From positions 212,919 to 276,918 of the forward strand of contig JBLYPW010000001.1 of NCBI GenBank assembly GCA_048538275.1: a stretch of 64,000 bases of DNA. The letters are read 5' to 3'. Shown piece after piece: positions 11,601 through 20,521 of the stretch. The stretch is from Candidatus Komeilibacteria bacterium. GTDB lineage: Bacteria; Patescibacteriota; Patescibacteriia; UBA1558. Both the position numbers and the translations under genes were made by a program. Below the pieces are notes generated by a model, which made no database searches, was not told where the DNA came from, and saw nothing but the letters and a program-made list of their open reading frames with translations. How positions within the stretch are numbered: the first letter of the stretch is position 1; each line of letters opens with the position of its first letter.

Positions 11601-14600
11601 CCTACTAATCAGCGATTACAAGTCGTGGTAGCTGAGGGTAGTATTAAAAATATTCATAATCAGGGACTTAGTTGTAATAATGGTAAATGCGAATTTCATA
11701 TACAGACAACTGATCAAGTGGATGTGATAGCGCCACAAATCAGCTTGTTGACACCTACACAGGGTCAACAAGTACCGGTGGGCAGTTCAATAGCAGTGCA
11801 GGCTCAGGCTACCGATGATACTGACGTGGCTTATGTTGATTTTGCTATTGATGGTCAGTCGGTTGGTATTGTTAACCAAACGGGTATTTTTTCTGGTGAT
11901 CAATCTTATACTGTTTTGAATTATTTCCAGACTTTGCGGAGTGTTGATATTAACAATGACGGTTATGAAGATTTGCTAGCTTTTTCCAATAATGAGAGAG
12001 GATTTTCCGTGTTATTGAATAATGGTTGGGGAGGTTATATAGCTAAAGATTATAATGTGGGGGCTTATTATTATTCTTATGATTCAGGTTTTGGCATATG
12101 GGATGTAAATAATGATGGTTATTTAGACGTATTGCTTGGTAATAATAATTATGCCGGAAAGTTTTATATATTTTTGAATAATGGTGACGGTACTTTTGCC
12201 TCTCGTCAGACCTATGATTCGGCCGGACATTATCCGCGCGCCATAGCGACTGGCGATCTCAACGGCGATGGTTATAATGACATTGCAGTAGCGAATGATA
12301 GGGGGGATGGTAATAATATAGAATTAGTGATATTTGCCGGCGACGCTCAAGGTCATTGGTACTTGGTCAAGCAATTGAATATTGCTGATGATTATTCTGT
12401 TACCGGTTTAGCTATCAGCGATTATGATAATGACGGTAAAGATGATATCGCTGTATTGCAACGTTATCATAGTAGTAATAATTTACATATTTATTGGGGG
12501 CAAGAAAATTTAGCGAGCGATTGGCAAAAACTAGCTATGAATTCAGGTGGTTATTCTTATCAATTAGTTAGTAGTGATATAGATAATAACGGCAATGAAG
12601 ATTTGTTAATCTTGATGTACCATAGTGGGGATGATTATAGCTATTATATACAAGTGTTATATAATCAAGACAATAGAATATTTAGTCAGAGTAGTTTGCC
12701 TCAGAGTGACGGACATCACTACTATGTTACCAACTCTTTATTGATAAAAGACACAGATAATGATGATTATTCTGAGATATTTGCTAGAGAGGGTAATGTA
12801 ATAGTGCGTTGGGATAATAATGGCGGCGCAATTAGCGCACCAGCGGTATTGTCTAATGTACCTAGCTCAATATATACATTAACTGATACAAATAATGATA
12901 ATAGATTTGATATTATAAGCCGCAATAGTAACACGGATGCCATAGTGCTACTAAATAATGGTGACGGTACTTATGGTAGTAATAATATAGTTAGTTTTCC
13001 TTATGCTATGAAAAGTGTAGTGGCTAATGATTTGGATGGTGATGGCCTACCGGAGTTGATTATGCCGTATGTCAATAGTATTAGTAGGGGAGTAACAATT
13101 TATAGAACAGGCGCGGCTGGTTATCAAGAACAATCTAATTTTGATATCTTTTATGATCTGACGGCAAGAGCTACTGGTCGTTTATATGGCGCCTTACCTG
13201 ATAATAGTGGAAGTTATTATGGCTGGTGGGGCGGAGATTGGCATGCTGGCACGGGCGTTGGTAGCGGTCCGGTTTATGCCCAAGTGAGTGGTCAAAGTAC
13301 AGATTCAACCATAGTCAGTGGTAATTTAACACCCTCTCCTTATGATGGCGTCTATGCTGATTTTGATGTTGACTTGGGAGGTGGATTTAGCGTGCGTAGC
13401 ACTGGTTGGGTTTATGGTTATCCTAGTTTGTATCCTTATAGCGCAGCAGTTGGTAATTTTAATGGAGATGCTTATCAAGATATTATATTGCGTGATCGGA
13501 GTGGCTCTGGTAGCCATTATGATGCTCGTGTTTTAGCTGGTGGCTCAAATGGATGGCAAGAACAAGCGAATTATAATAACACTACTGGCGCATCTGGCTA
13601 TGATTGGCGTACGGCTACCAGAGGCATTTATCAACAGACCCAGGTAGTTGATATGAACAGTGATAATTCTGATGATTTTCTATTATTCAATGCAACAGGA
13701 GCGTTTAGTAGTTTTATTAATGATGGCACGGGTAAATTTACCGCAATCAATTATGAAGATTCTGATACTAATGATGCTTATCGTTTTGTGATGGGTGATT
13801 TAACTGGGGATAATATGCCTGATTTAGCTTATATTCAATACGAGTGGCAATCCAATAGTACAAACTTGTATATTGTAGAAAATAAAAATGGAAATTTAGA
13901 CTTTGCCCAACGCAGAGTTTTGACGTCACCTGATTATATAAATGGTTTGAGCATTGCCGATTTTAATAATGACGGCACAAATGATGTTATGGTGGTTTCG
14001 CAGTCAGCCGGTACGCTGTTTTATGACCGTAGTAGCGGCCAATGGCGGTCATATACTGCCGATATCAATGCTCCTAAATTGGCCAAAGCAGGCTTAGTGG
14101 ATAATGATGGTCTATTGGATATAGTAGTAGTAACAGATGGCGGCGGCGTACAAGTTTATTATAATCAAGGTGATTTTACCTTCACTAGCGGTGAATCTTT
14201 TACTTTGTTTAGTTATTACTATGGACCGGCTATCAATGATGACGCTTTGGCCATTGACGATTTTAATAATGATGGCCAGCAGGATATAGTTTTGAGCAGG
14301 TCATATGGCAGCGACTTGGCTTTTGTTTATCAAAAAGCCAACCCTGATTTATATAGTTATGCTTGGGATACTACCGGACTGATAGTAGGATCGCAACACA
14401 CAGTGCAGGCTACGGCTTATGATCTTGATAGCCATAGTACTAGTAGTCAATTAGTAACCGTAACTATTGGCTTGCAGGGAGATCATTGTACTGACGGTCT
14501 TATCAATTTTGACGAAAATGGTTTAGATTGCGGTGGCGCCGATTGTAGCGCCTGCCAGAATAATATTAGTGAGATTATTGTTAGTCCGCAAGAAGCTAAT

Positions 14601-17096
14601 GTAAATGTTGGTGAACAGATATTATTTAATGCCCAAGTCATAGATAATGATGGCAATCTTTTGTCAGATGCGATGGTTGATTGGACCAGCAATAGTTCTG
14701 ACAGTATTGGTATTAGTAGCGCGCTAGATGGTGGAATTTTAGTTAGTGGACAAATAGAAGGAGAGGCTATTATTACGGCCAGTTTAGGTGATATTAGCGA
14801 CGATGCCTTGGTTCACGTTGTTGTCCCTGTTAGTCCATGTGGTGATGGCATTGTTGATAGTAATATTGGTGAGCAATGCGATTTTGCGGCTGATGGTACG
14901 GTAATTATACCGGATAATTTAGCTTGTACCAGTTTTCCTGATTATGCTGCCGGTAGTTTGGGTTGTACGAGTCAATGCGAGTTGGACTTCAATCAGTGCG
15001 TGCCTGGCATACCCACATCAGGAGCTTGTGTAAATACAGAAATATCCGCTACGTTTGACAGTCCTATGCTTGCCTCTTCATTTACGCTTGATAAAGTACA
15101 TCTTTATAAACTATTAAGTAATGATGATTGGCAAGAAATACCTATCACTTTTAGTTTGGAAGACCGGCCAATTAGTGGCGAGCCAGAACAAACAATATTA
15201 TATATTCATCCCCTTGATGATCTAGATCCTTTTACCGTTTATAGAGCGGTAGTGTCTGGGGGTAGCGGTGGAGTTATGGATATGGGAGGAAGTATTTTAC
15301 CAAATGATTATGCGTGGCAATTTGATACTGGTGAAACTTTTTGCTTTATTGATCGCGTTGCTATTGAGCCAGATAGTTATGAATTTAATTCAGTGGATGA
15401 ACAAATTAACTTTATAGTGCATGCTTATGACAACGAAAATAATGTCATCAACGGTAATTATAATTGGCAGCTAGAAGGCAATAGCGAGTTAGTGAATATT
15501 GGCAATAATAATGGGCAAATTATTACTGTACAGCCAACTGGTATCGGCAATGGCGCTTTGAGTTTACGTGCCTTGGTTGATAGTGGAGCTCAGGGAAATG
15601 GTGAGGCAGTGGCGCCAATTGATATTTTTATGTGCGGTGCTCCTTGGCAATATAGTAATGACAGCTATAATTTTGCTGTTAAATATTGTCGTGGTGATGG
15701 GCCTAATATGATCTATAATAGTGGTTTTGAGCAAGATAATAACAATGATATTTATCCGGATGGTTGGGAAATGCCTATTGGCAATGCCCTGGTTAGTGAT
15801 TATACTGCTAGATTGGATGAGGACGGTAGCGGCAAGGTCTTTACTATCATTCAAAACAATACTGCTACGATTAGTCATGATCGCGTTTTGGTGCGTCAGT
15901 ATGTGCCGGTCAAGCCACAAACTACTTATAGCATCAATTTTAAAATTAAAGCCGAAAATATAAATAATAGACCGGTGGAAATATATGAGCTGGCGGATAG
16001 AAACGGTGCCAGGCTGGGTGATCAGCCACTTTCTTCTGGTAGCATTGGTAGCTATGATTGGGAGACTAATAGCTTAATAATTCTTACTAATGCCGATACC
16101 AATTATTTGGAAGTGGGCTTGGTATTGTATATGAGTCGTGATAATAATTTATCACAGATTTGGTTTGATGATATGCAATTGGAGCTTGGTAATCAAGCCA
16201 GTAGCTATCAGGCTAGTAATTTATTGCCGGATTTGGTAGTCAGTGAAGTAGGAAGTGGTTTTGATGATCCAAATTTACTAACGACTATATTATTGAGTCA
16301 ACAAGTTTATGGCAGTGATGACGCTATTGGCATGCGGGTCTATAGTAATTTTGATCATCTTGACCCTCTGAGCTGGTATCAAAACAATATAGTGACCCAA
16401 GGACAGCCCCAGTCCATTATAGTCGGAGGTTATAGCGCTTTGCAGGAAGGGCGCAGCACTTATGTTAATGCCGCAAATATAGCTGGCGCTGATGTATATA
16501 CCAATATTTATCTTTTATCTTATACTCAGGGAGCTGGTAATGATACGCAAAATATGTTCACGCAAATTTATAATAATTGGTCTTTTAATACTAATTTAAG
16601 TTCCGTGGCTTTGCGGCAAAGATTAGTGAACGATACTTTACGCTGGGAAGGTTTAAATATATTGGATAACTCACTGCGGGAGTATTATGATAAATATGGC
16701 TTTTATCCTAAATTATTGTCTGGCACTTATCAAGTAGGTAATAGTGTATCGGTTTGGGATTCTTGGCAATCAACATTAGCCACTGCTTTGGGTATAGTCG
16801 CACCGATTGACCCCATCAATAGTCATAGTATTTGTCCTGCCGGGTACGACTCTGTGACTTGTTGGAATCCTGAGCAGCAAGATTATGTTTGCCCGTTAGG
16901 TTCTCATATTTATCAGTATCATGCTTTATCTTCTGGACAACATTTTGAATTGAATAGCAATTTTGAGTATGGCGGGGTTATCTGGCGGGGGAGTTTTCAG
17001 TTGCCAGTTGACATGAGCGAGGAGTGCGACAATATCATTTGGAGTGATCAGGATATTGACAGTAATGAGGCACAAGATGGCATACGAGGCATATAA
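5634..17096 (+). CDS. giant (3820 aa) surface adhesin-like protein whose N-terminal module is a paralog of the 3688-5634 product
   Basis: The architecture, in order: signal peptide; pilin-like module (..WMTAGGNPEQVGRAKKWMINGLIGLVIIM..); Gly linker; Ig-like domains; EGF-like Cys clusters; about 8 IPT/TIG-like units (P..x.I.P..G..G..(I/V)T(I/L)xGxNFG); a propeller-like region; Cys-rich CGDGI..EQCDDGNLINGDGCSSWC repeats; about 15 FG-GAP/VCBS-like DxNxDGxxD repeats; two Big_2-like domains; a CBM-like C-terminal domain. It is a single uninterrupted ORF. Confidence 0.85.
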   Translation: MRKASHKKIFFVFLALLLIPIISFAQANLGLDTAGSIGLGTTDLPVIIVNIIRIFLSLLGLIAVGVIIWAGLQWMTAGGNPEQVGRAKKWMINGLIGLVIIMASFGIASFVINNLKQATGLSEATGDNNSSGGGGLPGGGFVLSSWQPSNNSSDWPRNIIVRAYFSGVIDATTLDENDITFIDTTSNNNIPFVLEANGSRLDIAPQNSCAVDGVDYCLPADHAYQVSIVNGSIRSLANHTLQCGQNCQTVFSVGNSIDNTAPNFALVQPVADSLVALDSLVPILGQPNDNSSVIAAVTFLANDDVVQPVGSDTDGEPWTVDWVVSGYNAGEILSLSATAEDLSGNVGYAPDVRVIVRPEHCFNGYQDADETGIDVGGSCGAALGESCNVNNSCGNGDQFCAEGSCSEVTCTCEAKPIVMSITPADGAVGNLITIYGSGFGQDLGVVTFLGSAASGDEQLGDLNVCLQSWTNNQVIVAVPNNAVSGGIKLTTASGRFDTTLDELGWQGEFDVNTVVRPGLCSVDPTIGPALSLASVQGINLGSSADNQNLFVGGQSANIGTWQNSAIDFIVPNLLPSSQPVSISIQNDQQENSNPVYFVVQPDIVTPHLYSINPAGGPAGQYITLTGTNFGTNPSEVNVKFVAADNTATEADIDFPAMCGERQISNTEMVVKVPAIAVGDYAVDVRRLGKVSESIDFSVVSGQPGAGLCALLPDNGPNGISVQVVGDNFSNDGSVNFYNNQTAQTSNWQANSVDTVVPADAVSGPVSMMLAGQVSNSINFSVGTCSPGPGEELCADGSCRPVGECLNIPADDDYTWSFTTGEAWPPFVVSDYWPACNSACTNADVAAVFSNPLDTNTIMNNVEIWDCGEDDMCLSSEQIDLTNGNVWGGNYDASNNVLHFLPLGISANHNYRVVMTMGNDGIKNAVGENLTNPNFDKNGDGIDDSFAWIFSTGEQACVPARAEVLPSPIKFTRLEQSETVYPYPYSAADSCSATGQPLLASDYSWAWSLSSALPITLAVGSNYAIVRPRADGQSRVLARINDYGVIGRSFVTVDMDIPVITAISPDNGTTNTNVKTLVTISGYNFGEHQGSSYVEVGGTRAQLADCGIPWSDTQIIIELPATTQSGDHIKVIKTTGEDISDQAFTVNNIIRPALCGISPNYGTDGDSVTLSGYNFGDTQVDSMVMFDQLGVDTINSWSNQSIRTIVPPGASTGPVYVNVLGNNSNAINFSLEPFITKLDPNNGPVNSYVTIYGGNFGDTRGNGRVMIGGQLANLAPCVDNWNNTTIIVQVPEGLDLGKWPVQIFTANNIPTNTVDFTVNENPLNPLLCQLDPNWASNNESIKLKGDNFGDAPYFAGAENVDMAVGADYSNIMDRSCIYNNGTYIGSCSNLWVDYQFNFNADGYYNAWAETSNNGIDLTDQGIYHNVVVYLDGQYIGQFSNVASNPDHNLGSVGLGWVSAGNHTVRYYWNNDWCGGCGDGIGDSNILFHKVGIDEGAPMSYALFTDNYAAETNSWQNTEMSANINESVLSGPVSLVKEVVTGRQCAGFHIGGWCPGGVYDDITTTTQSNSLSFIKGCVIGTTSSRVEGYIPTVAENSEAVGTLATDGRFLYGKSWGGYDRHDRLITRIGSGYQYTVLGKVYSHLAYVADSLTMTYYPDGYIYNGYSTNGHNLQRINAGTGSTDMSLNIPDGLLNRNTGEVYSGVRSDYLITSDGTYIYNLAFSTHACPQNYGNRCYDGFKVRVFDPMDDMSLVREWTSGTDSFYTDGIIADGKYVYAFEWSGQHRVRKMDAITGEFVAEWISEQGGPTGEGNDIISGQYDWVNDTVWMGDLVDHSRNPGPAYIYQYNSCHFEDGVLFPRCGDGILQQNGEPGDSYDYTSAHSGNINSYYEQCDDGNLINGDGCSSWCALESVPVSSNFIITDHEPAVDAPANTTIRLFFSDNVATGSLADRDITITAGENNLSWNASVNNNVITLLPTQVCGAPHTDLRCWPTNQRLQVVVAEGSIKNIHNQGLSCNNGKCEFHIQTTDQVDVIAPQISLLTPTQGQQVPVGSSIAVQAQATDDTDVAYVDFAIDGQSVGIVNQTGIFSGDQSYTVLNYFQTLRSVDINNDGYEDLLAFSNNERGFSVLLNNGWGGYIAKDYNVGAYYYSYDSGFGIWDVNNDGYLDVLLGNNNYAGKFYIFLNNGDGTFASRQTYDSAGHYPRAIATGDLNGDGYNDIAVANDRGDGNNIELVIFAGDAQGHWYLVKQLNIADDYSVTGLAISDYDNDGKDDIAVLQRYHSSNNLHIYWGQENLASDWQKLAMNSGGYSYQLVSSDIDNNGNEDLLILMYHSGDDYSYYIQVLYNQDNRIFSQSSLPQSDGHHYYVTNSLLIKDTDNDDYSEIFAREGNVIVRWDNNGGAISAPAVLSNVPSSIYTLTDTNNDNRFDIISRNSNTDAIVLLNNGDGTYGSNNIVSFPYAMKSVVANDLDGDGLPELIMPYVNSISRGVTIYRTGAAGYQEQSNFDIFYDLTARATGRLYGALPDNSGSYYGWWGGDWHAGTGVGSGPVYAQVSGQSTDSTIVSGNLTPSPYDGVYADFDVDLGGGFSVRSTGWVYGYPSLYPYSAAVGNFNGDAYQDIILRDRSGSGSHYDARVLAGGSNGWQEQANYNNTTGASGYDWRTATRGIYQQTQVVDMNSDNSDDFLLFNATGAFSSFINDGTGKFTAINYEDSDTNDAYRFVMGDLTGDNMPDLAYIQYEWQSNSTNLYIVENKNGNLDFAQRRVLTSPDYINGLSIADFNNDGTNDVMVVSQSAGTLFYDRSSGQWRSYTADINAPKLAKAGLVDNDGLLDIVVVTDGGGVQVYYNQGDFTFTSGESFTLFSYYYGPAINDDALAIDDFNNDGQQDIVLSRSYGSDLAFVYQKANPDLYSYAWDTTGLIVGSQHTVQATAYDLDSHSTSSQLVTVTIGLQGDHCTDGLINFDENGLDCGGADCSACQNNISEIIVSPQEANVNVGEQILFNAQVIDNDGNLLSDAMVDWTSNSSDSIGISSALDGGILVSGQIEGEAIITASLGDISDDALVHVVVPVSPCGDGIVDSNIGEQCDFAADGTVIIPDNLACTSFPDYAAGSLGCTSQCELDFNQCVPGIPTSGACVNTEISATFDSPMLASSFTLDKVHLYKLLSNDDWQEIPITFSLEDRPISGEPEQTILYIHPLDDLDPFTVYRAVVSGGSGGVMDMGGSILPNDYAWQFDTGETFCFIDRVAIEPDSYEFNSVDEQINFIVHAYDNENNVINGNYNWQLEGNSELVNIGNNNGQIITVQPTGIGNGALSLRALVDSGAQGNGEAVAPIDIFMCGAPWQYSNDSYNFAVKYCRGDGPNMIYNSGFEQDNNNDIYPDGWEMPIGNALVSDYTARLDEDGSGKVFTIIQNNTATISHDRVLVRQYVPVKPQTTYSINFKIKAENINNRPVEIYELADRNGARLGDQPLSSGSIGSYDWETNSLIILTNADTNYLEVGLVLYMSRDNNLSQIWFDDMQLELGNQASSYQASNLLPDLVVSEVGSGFDDPNLLTTILLSQQVYGSDDAIGMRVYSNFDHLDPLSWYQNNIVTQGQPQSIIVGGYSALQEGRSTYVNAANIAGADVYTNIYLLSYTQGAGNDTQNMFTQIYNNWSFNTNLSSVALRQRLVNDTLRWEGLNILDNSLREYYDKYGFYPKLLSGTYQVGNSVSVWDSWQSTLATALGIVAPIDPINSHSICPAGYDSVTCWNPEQQDYVCPLGSHIYQYHALSSGQHFELNSNFEYGGVIWRGSFQLPVDMSEECDNIIWSDQDIDSNEAQDGIRGI

Positions 17097-17168
17097 TTTA
17101 TAGGTAATAGTGATTTTATTAATACTCAAATTTAGGTTATAATATAATTATCTTTTTAATAAACCTCT

Positions 17169-19700
17169 ATGAATATTTTTTCTAATAAATTGTTTTTAAC
17201 ATCATTGGGCTTGCTTGTATTTATGCCTTTGATTGCTAATGCCGCTATTAGTAATAGTTGTCAGGAAGAATTATTACTTACCAATAATACTGACATCTCT
17301 TTATCTAATATTGAATATTCCGGGATGACACCGGCAAGTGGTTTTTATTTTTTGGACAAAGTCGGTGATTGGACAAAGCTTCATTTATTTTCTGTGACCA
17401 CCGATGCTAAGTTAAATACATTATTAGATCAGGCGGAGGAGAAAATAGGTGAGCTGGAGTTATTACAAAAGCAAAATAATTTAAAATCTCGCTATTTGGA
17501 TATATTAACCACCGCATATACTGACATCATGAGCCAAGTAGATAGTAAATTGGCAGAATTGCAAAATAAAAATGTTGATATGACGGCGGTGATGACACGC
17601 ATCACCCAGCTAAATATGCGTAATAAGGCAATTTTGAGCCGGGTTTTATCCGCTAGTACCAGTGAACAACAAAGTAAATTAAATTTGGCTTATCAGCAGA
17701 CAGCTGACAGTTTTTGTACATCAATAAATACTTGGCAAGAGAGAACCAGCCAATGCCATGATGACATTGTTGTCCAGCAAACTTTAAATTCTTCTTTTAA
17801 TAATATTTCTAACACTATCAGCCAAGCCGAGCAGGCGGTGAAAAATTTACAACCCACTATTGATATTATAAAAGATAGGACGCAAATATTAGATAAATTT
17901 ATTCAGTCAGTTGACGCCGGTTTTCTTGATTTGCAGCTTTTGTTGCAAGAAAAAAGTGATGATCGGGAGGCGCGCTTGCAAAAATTTATGCAATATGTTT
18001 CTGATTGGCTAAATAGTGAGCAGTATCAGCTATTGCATAAAGACATAGAACGCATGAATAATTTTGCTTTTTTAGTGGGTGGGTCGCAACAACAACAGAC
18101 CTTAATGCAAAATTGGCGAGAGCATGACATTAGTTTAACGAGGTTATTGTCAAGGCTAGATAGTTTGCGCAATATATCTATCAATGATGAGGCGGCTGTT
18201 ATCGGTAATAGCTTGTACGCTTTACAATTAAAAGCTTATGATGACGAATTATTAGCCTTAGCTGCTTATATTGCTGAGGATAAAATAGCAGTAGAAGAGC
18301 TAAATGCGGAGGTGCAATTTTGTGCTAAACAATTTTCTAGCATGAACGACGCTCGGGCGTATTTAGAAAAAGATAATCCCAGCAGAGCTTTATCTATTTT
18401 TGTAGAAATTAATAAATCTTTATTAAATAATAATAATAAAATATTAGTTGGTTGTGGCATGAGTGATATAGTGGGTAATGCGCAAAATATTTTACAAAAT
18501 AGTCAGATCTTAGCTGGCGCTGATAAATGTGGCAAGGATATGTATAATATGTATAAAGATGAATTAATTTCTTTGTTTAAGTATGATTTAGAACAAGCGA
18601 ATTTAGTCAATAGTTATGCCAGTAAGGTACAAATTTTACAGCAGCAATCTTTAGAGCAATTAGTCAAGCAAAAATCTATGATTGAAGAGGCTAAGAAAGC
18701 TTTAGCTCAGCCTAAGTTAGAGAACGACGAGGCTTTGTGGGCTTTTTTGGCAGAGCATCTCAAAGATATTAATAATAATTTATTAGATATCAGTAAGAGG
18801 TATCATAATTTATTTGATCAGTTGACTCAATTGTCAAATGATTGGCAATTGTGGCTGAAAAATTTCTATTCTATCAGAGACGTTTTGCCTGCCTTGCGAG
18901 AACAAATAGATCATAAACAAGTAGCTGTTGTACAACAAACATTGGATTTGAATATTTATCCTATTGTAGAAAAGCAGCTTAGTGGGGCAAGAATAACGCC
19001 TCTTACTGGGCAATTATCCTTGAATACAGCTCATCTGGCTTGGGCCAATAAGCACTGGCAGACAGAAGAAAGCAAGGCTTATGAGGATATTGTTTCAGCG
19101 ATTAAGCAGGCTGCTATAGCAATAGGTAAAAATACTTGCGCGCAAGGCATGGCCATCTACAATAGTTCTGTGCCGGGCATTTGTAGTAGTTTAGCCCAAT
19201 TAGATTGGATTAATAGTTGTCAGGTAATAAATAATATAGAGAAGCAAGTTACTCTGGCTTGTACTCCTGATGCTCAACTTTTATGTGGTAATGGTGTGGT
19301 GGATGATGGTGAGCAGTGTGATGATGGCAATGCTATTTCCGGAGATGGCTGTAATAAAGTATGCCAAAAGGAGCAGATTTTATATTGTGGTGATGGGATA
19401 ATCAGTCACCCCAATAGTTCTGGCATTGATGAACAATGTGAAAATCAGCCGGCTAATAAATTATCCGGAGATGGCTGTAGCACTAATTGTCAGAATGAAG
19501 CAGCACCAGTTTGTGGTGATGGTATTTTACAACGAATGATAGATCAAGCAACGACTAGTACTTTTGCCAGCGCTACCTCTGCATATTATGAGCAGTGTGA
19601 TGATGGTAATTTATTACCCGGTGATGGGTGTAACAATTTGTGCCAAATAGAAGCGGGTAGTGCGCAACGTAGTATTAATATATTACAAACTAAACCATAA
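17169..19700 (+). CDS. secreted coiled-coil protein with three C-terminal Cys-rich 'CGDG...EQCDDGN..GDGC..C' repeats
   Basis: Signal peptide, a long Q/L-rich helical region, and C-terminal repeats paralogous to those in the giant protein. Confidence 0.7.
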   Translation: MNIFSNKLFLTSLGLLVFMPLIANAAISNSCQEELLLTNNTDISLSNIEYSGMTPASGFYFLDKVGDWTKLHLFSVTTDAKLNTLLDQAEEKIGELELLQKQNNLKSRYLDILTTAYTDIMSQVDSKLAELQNKNVDMTAVMTRITQLNMRNKAILSRVLSASTSEQQSKLNLAYQQTADSFCTSINTWQERTSQCHDDIVVQQTLNSSFNNISNTISQAEQAVKNLQPTIDIIKDRTQILDKFIQSVDAGFLDLQLLLQEKSDDREARLQKFMQYVSDWLNSEQYQLLHKDIERMNNFAFLVGGSQQQQTLMQNWREHDISLTRLLSRLDSLRNISINDEAAVIGNSLYALQLKAYDDELLALAAYIAEDKIAVEELNAEVQFCAKQFSSMNDARAYLEKDNPSRALSIFVEINKSLLNNNNKILVGCGMSDIVGNAQNILQNSQILAGADKCGKDMYNMYKDELISLFKYDLEQANLVNSYASKVQILQQQSLEQLVKQKSMIEEAKKALAQPKLENDEALWAFLAEHLKDINNNLLDISKRYHNLFDQLTQLSNDWQLWLKNFYSIRDVLPALREQIDHKQVAVVQQTLDLNIYPIVEKQLSGARITPLTGQLSLNTAHLAWANKHWQTEESKAYEDIVSAIKQAAIAIGKNTCAQGMAIYNSSVPGICSSLAQLDWINSCQVINNIEKQVTLACTPDAQLLCGNGVVDDGEQCDDGNAISGDGCNKVCQKEQILYCGDGIISHPNSSGIDEQCENQPANKLSGDGCSTNCQNEAAPVCGDGILQRMIDQATTSTFASATSAYYEQCDDGNLLPGDGCNNLCQIEAGSAQRSINILQTKP

Positions 19701-19722
19701 TAAATATATAAATCATAAATTT

Positions 19723-20517
19723 ATGTTTGAAGATTTTGATGATAAAATAAAAGATAATAAACCGCCTACTTCACCGGAGATTCCTAGGCAACCAGATAGT
19801 ATCCCCGTGGCAAATAATCAATCAGCGGAAAAAGAGCCGGAAGATATTTTTGCCAATGTTGAAAAGGATCAAATGTCTAAACCAACGCAGCCACCCAGGC
19901 CAGCGCAAGCGCCAGGCCAGCCAAAAGATATTGGGCCAGCTAAGCCTTTACAAGCCATGCCAGCGGCGGATGGCGCCAGCCAGACTGGTCATAAACGTTG
20001 GTTATGGGCAGTCATAGGATTGGTGGTGATTGTGGCGATCGGTATTTGGTGGTGGAGCGCTTATAGCACGCCTGATAATTATAGTGATTTGGTCAATAAC
20101 CCCCTTGATAACCAGATGAATAACCAGATGAATAACCAGATTAATAATGCCCCTACAGATTTGGTGAATAATCAGCCGGTTGATATACCGACTGATAACC
20201 AGTTGGATAATAATTCTGGAGAGATTATAAATCAGCCAATAGATAATGTTGATCAGCCCAGCGCTAATCCAGATATCAATATTGATACAGATGGTGATGG
20301 TTTGACAGATAAGCAAGAGGCCACCATTGGTACCGATCCTAGTCAAGCAGATAGTGATGCGGATGGTTTGTTTGATAAGGAAGAGGTGGTAACTTATAAT
20401 ACCGATCCTTTGAACCCGGATACAGATGGTGATGGTTATGCGGATGGCTTGGAAGTGCAAAGTGGCTATAATCCAGCCGGTGAGGGTAAGTTATTAAATA
20501 TTCCTACCGATCAATAA
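19723..20517 (+). CDS. single-pass membrane protein with a Pro-rich N-terminus, N/Q tandem repeats and thrombospondin-type-3-like Ca-binding repeats
   Basis: TM segment WLWAVIGLVVIVAIGIWWW; NNQMNNQMNNQINN; DTDGDGLTDKQE..TDPSQADSDADGLFDKEE..TDPLNPDTDGDGYADGLE. Start chosen at the internal ATG at 19723; the ORF-track start at 19660 overlaps the previous gene. Confidence 0.65.
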   Translation: MFEDFDDKIKDNKPPTSPEIPRQPDSIPVANNQSAEKEPEDIFANVEKDQMSKPTQPPRPAQAPGQPKDIGPAKPLQAMPAADGASQTGHKRWLWAVIGLVVIVAIGIWWWSAYSTPDNYSDLVNNPLDNQMNNQMNNQINNAPTDLVNNQPVDIPTDNQLDNNSGEIINQPIDNVDQPSANPDINIDTDGDGLTDKQEATIGTDPSQADSDADGLFDKEEVVTYNTDPLNPDTDGDGYADGLEVQSGYNPAGEGKLLNIPTDQ

Positions 20518-20521
20518 TTTT

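Noticed and set aside
5634-17096. Numerous 60-150-aa antisense or out-of-frame ORFs inside the giant gene and other genes (for example 7049-7270, 8542-8972, 9141-9440, 11122-11514, 13326-13536, 15564-15963)
   Set aside because: They lie entirely within a long, domain-rich ORF on the other strand or frame. They have low-complexity, stop-poor AT-rich translations and no RBS. They are byproducts of codon bias.
20095-20230. Possible CRISPR-like periodic repeats
   Set aside because: They are in-frame 15-nt coding tandem repeats (NNQMNN...) inside a CDS. They are not spacer-separated direct repeats, and no cas genes are present.
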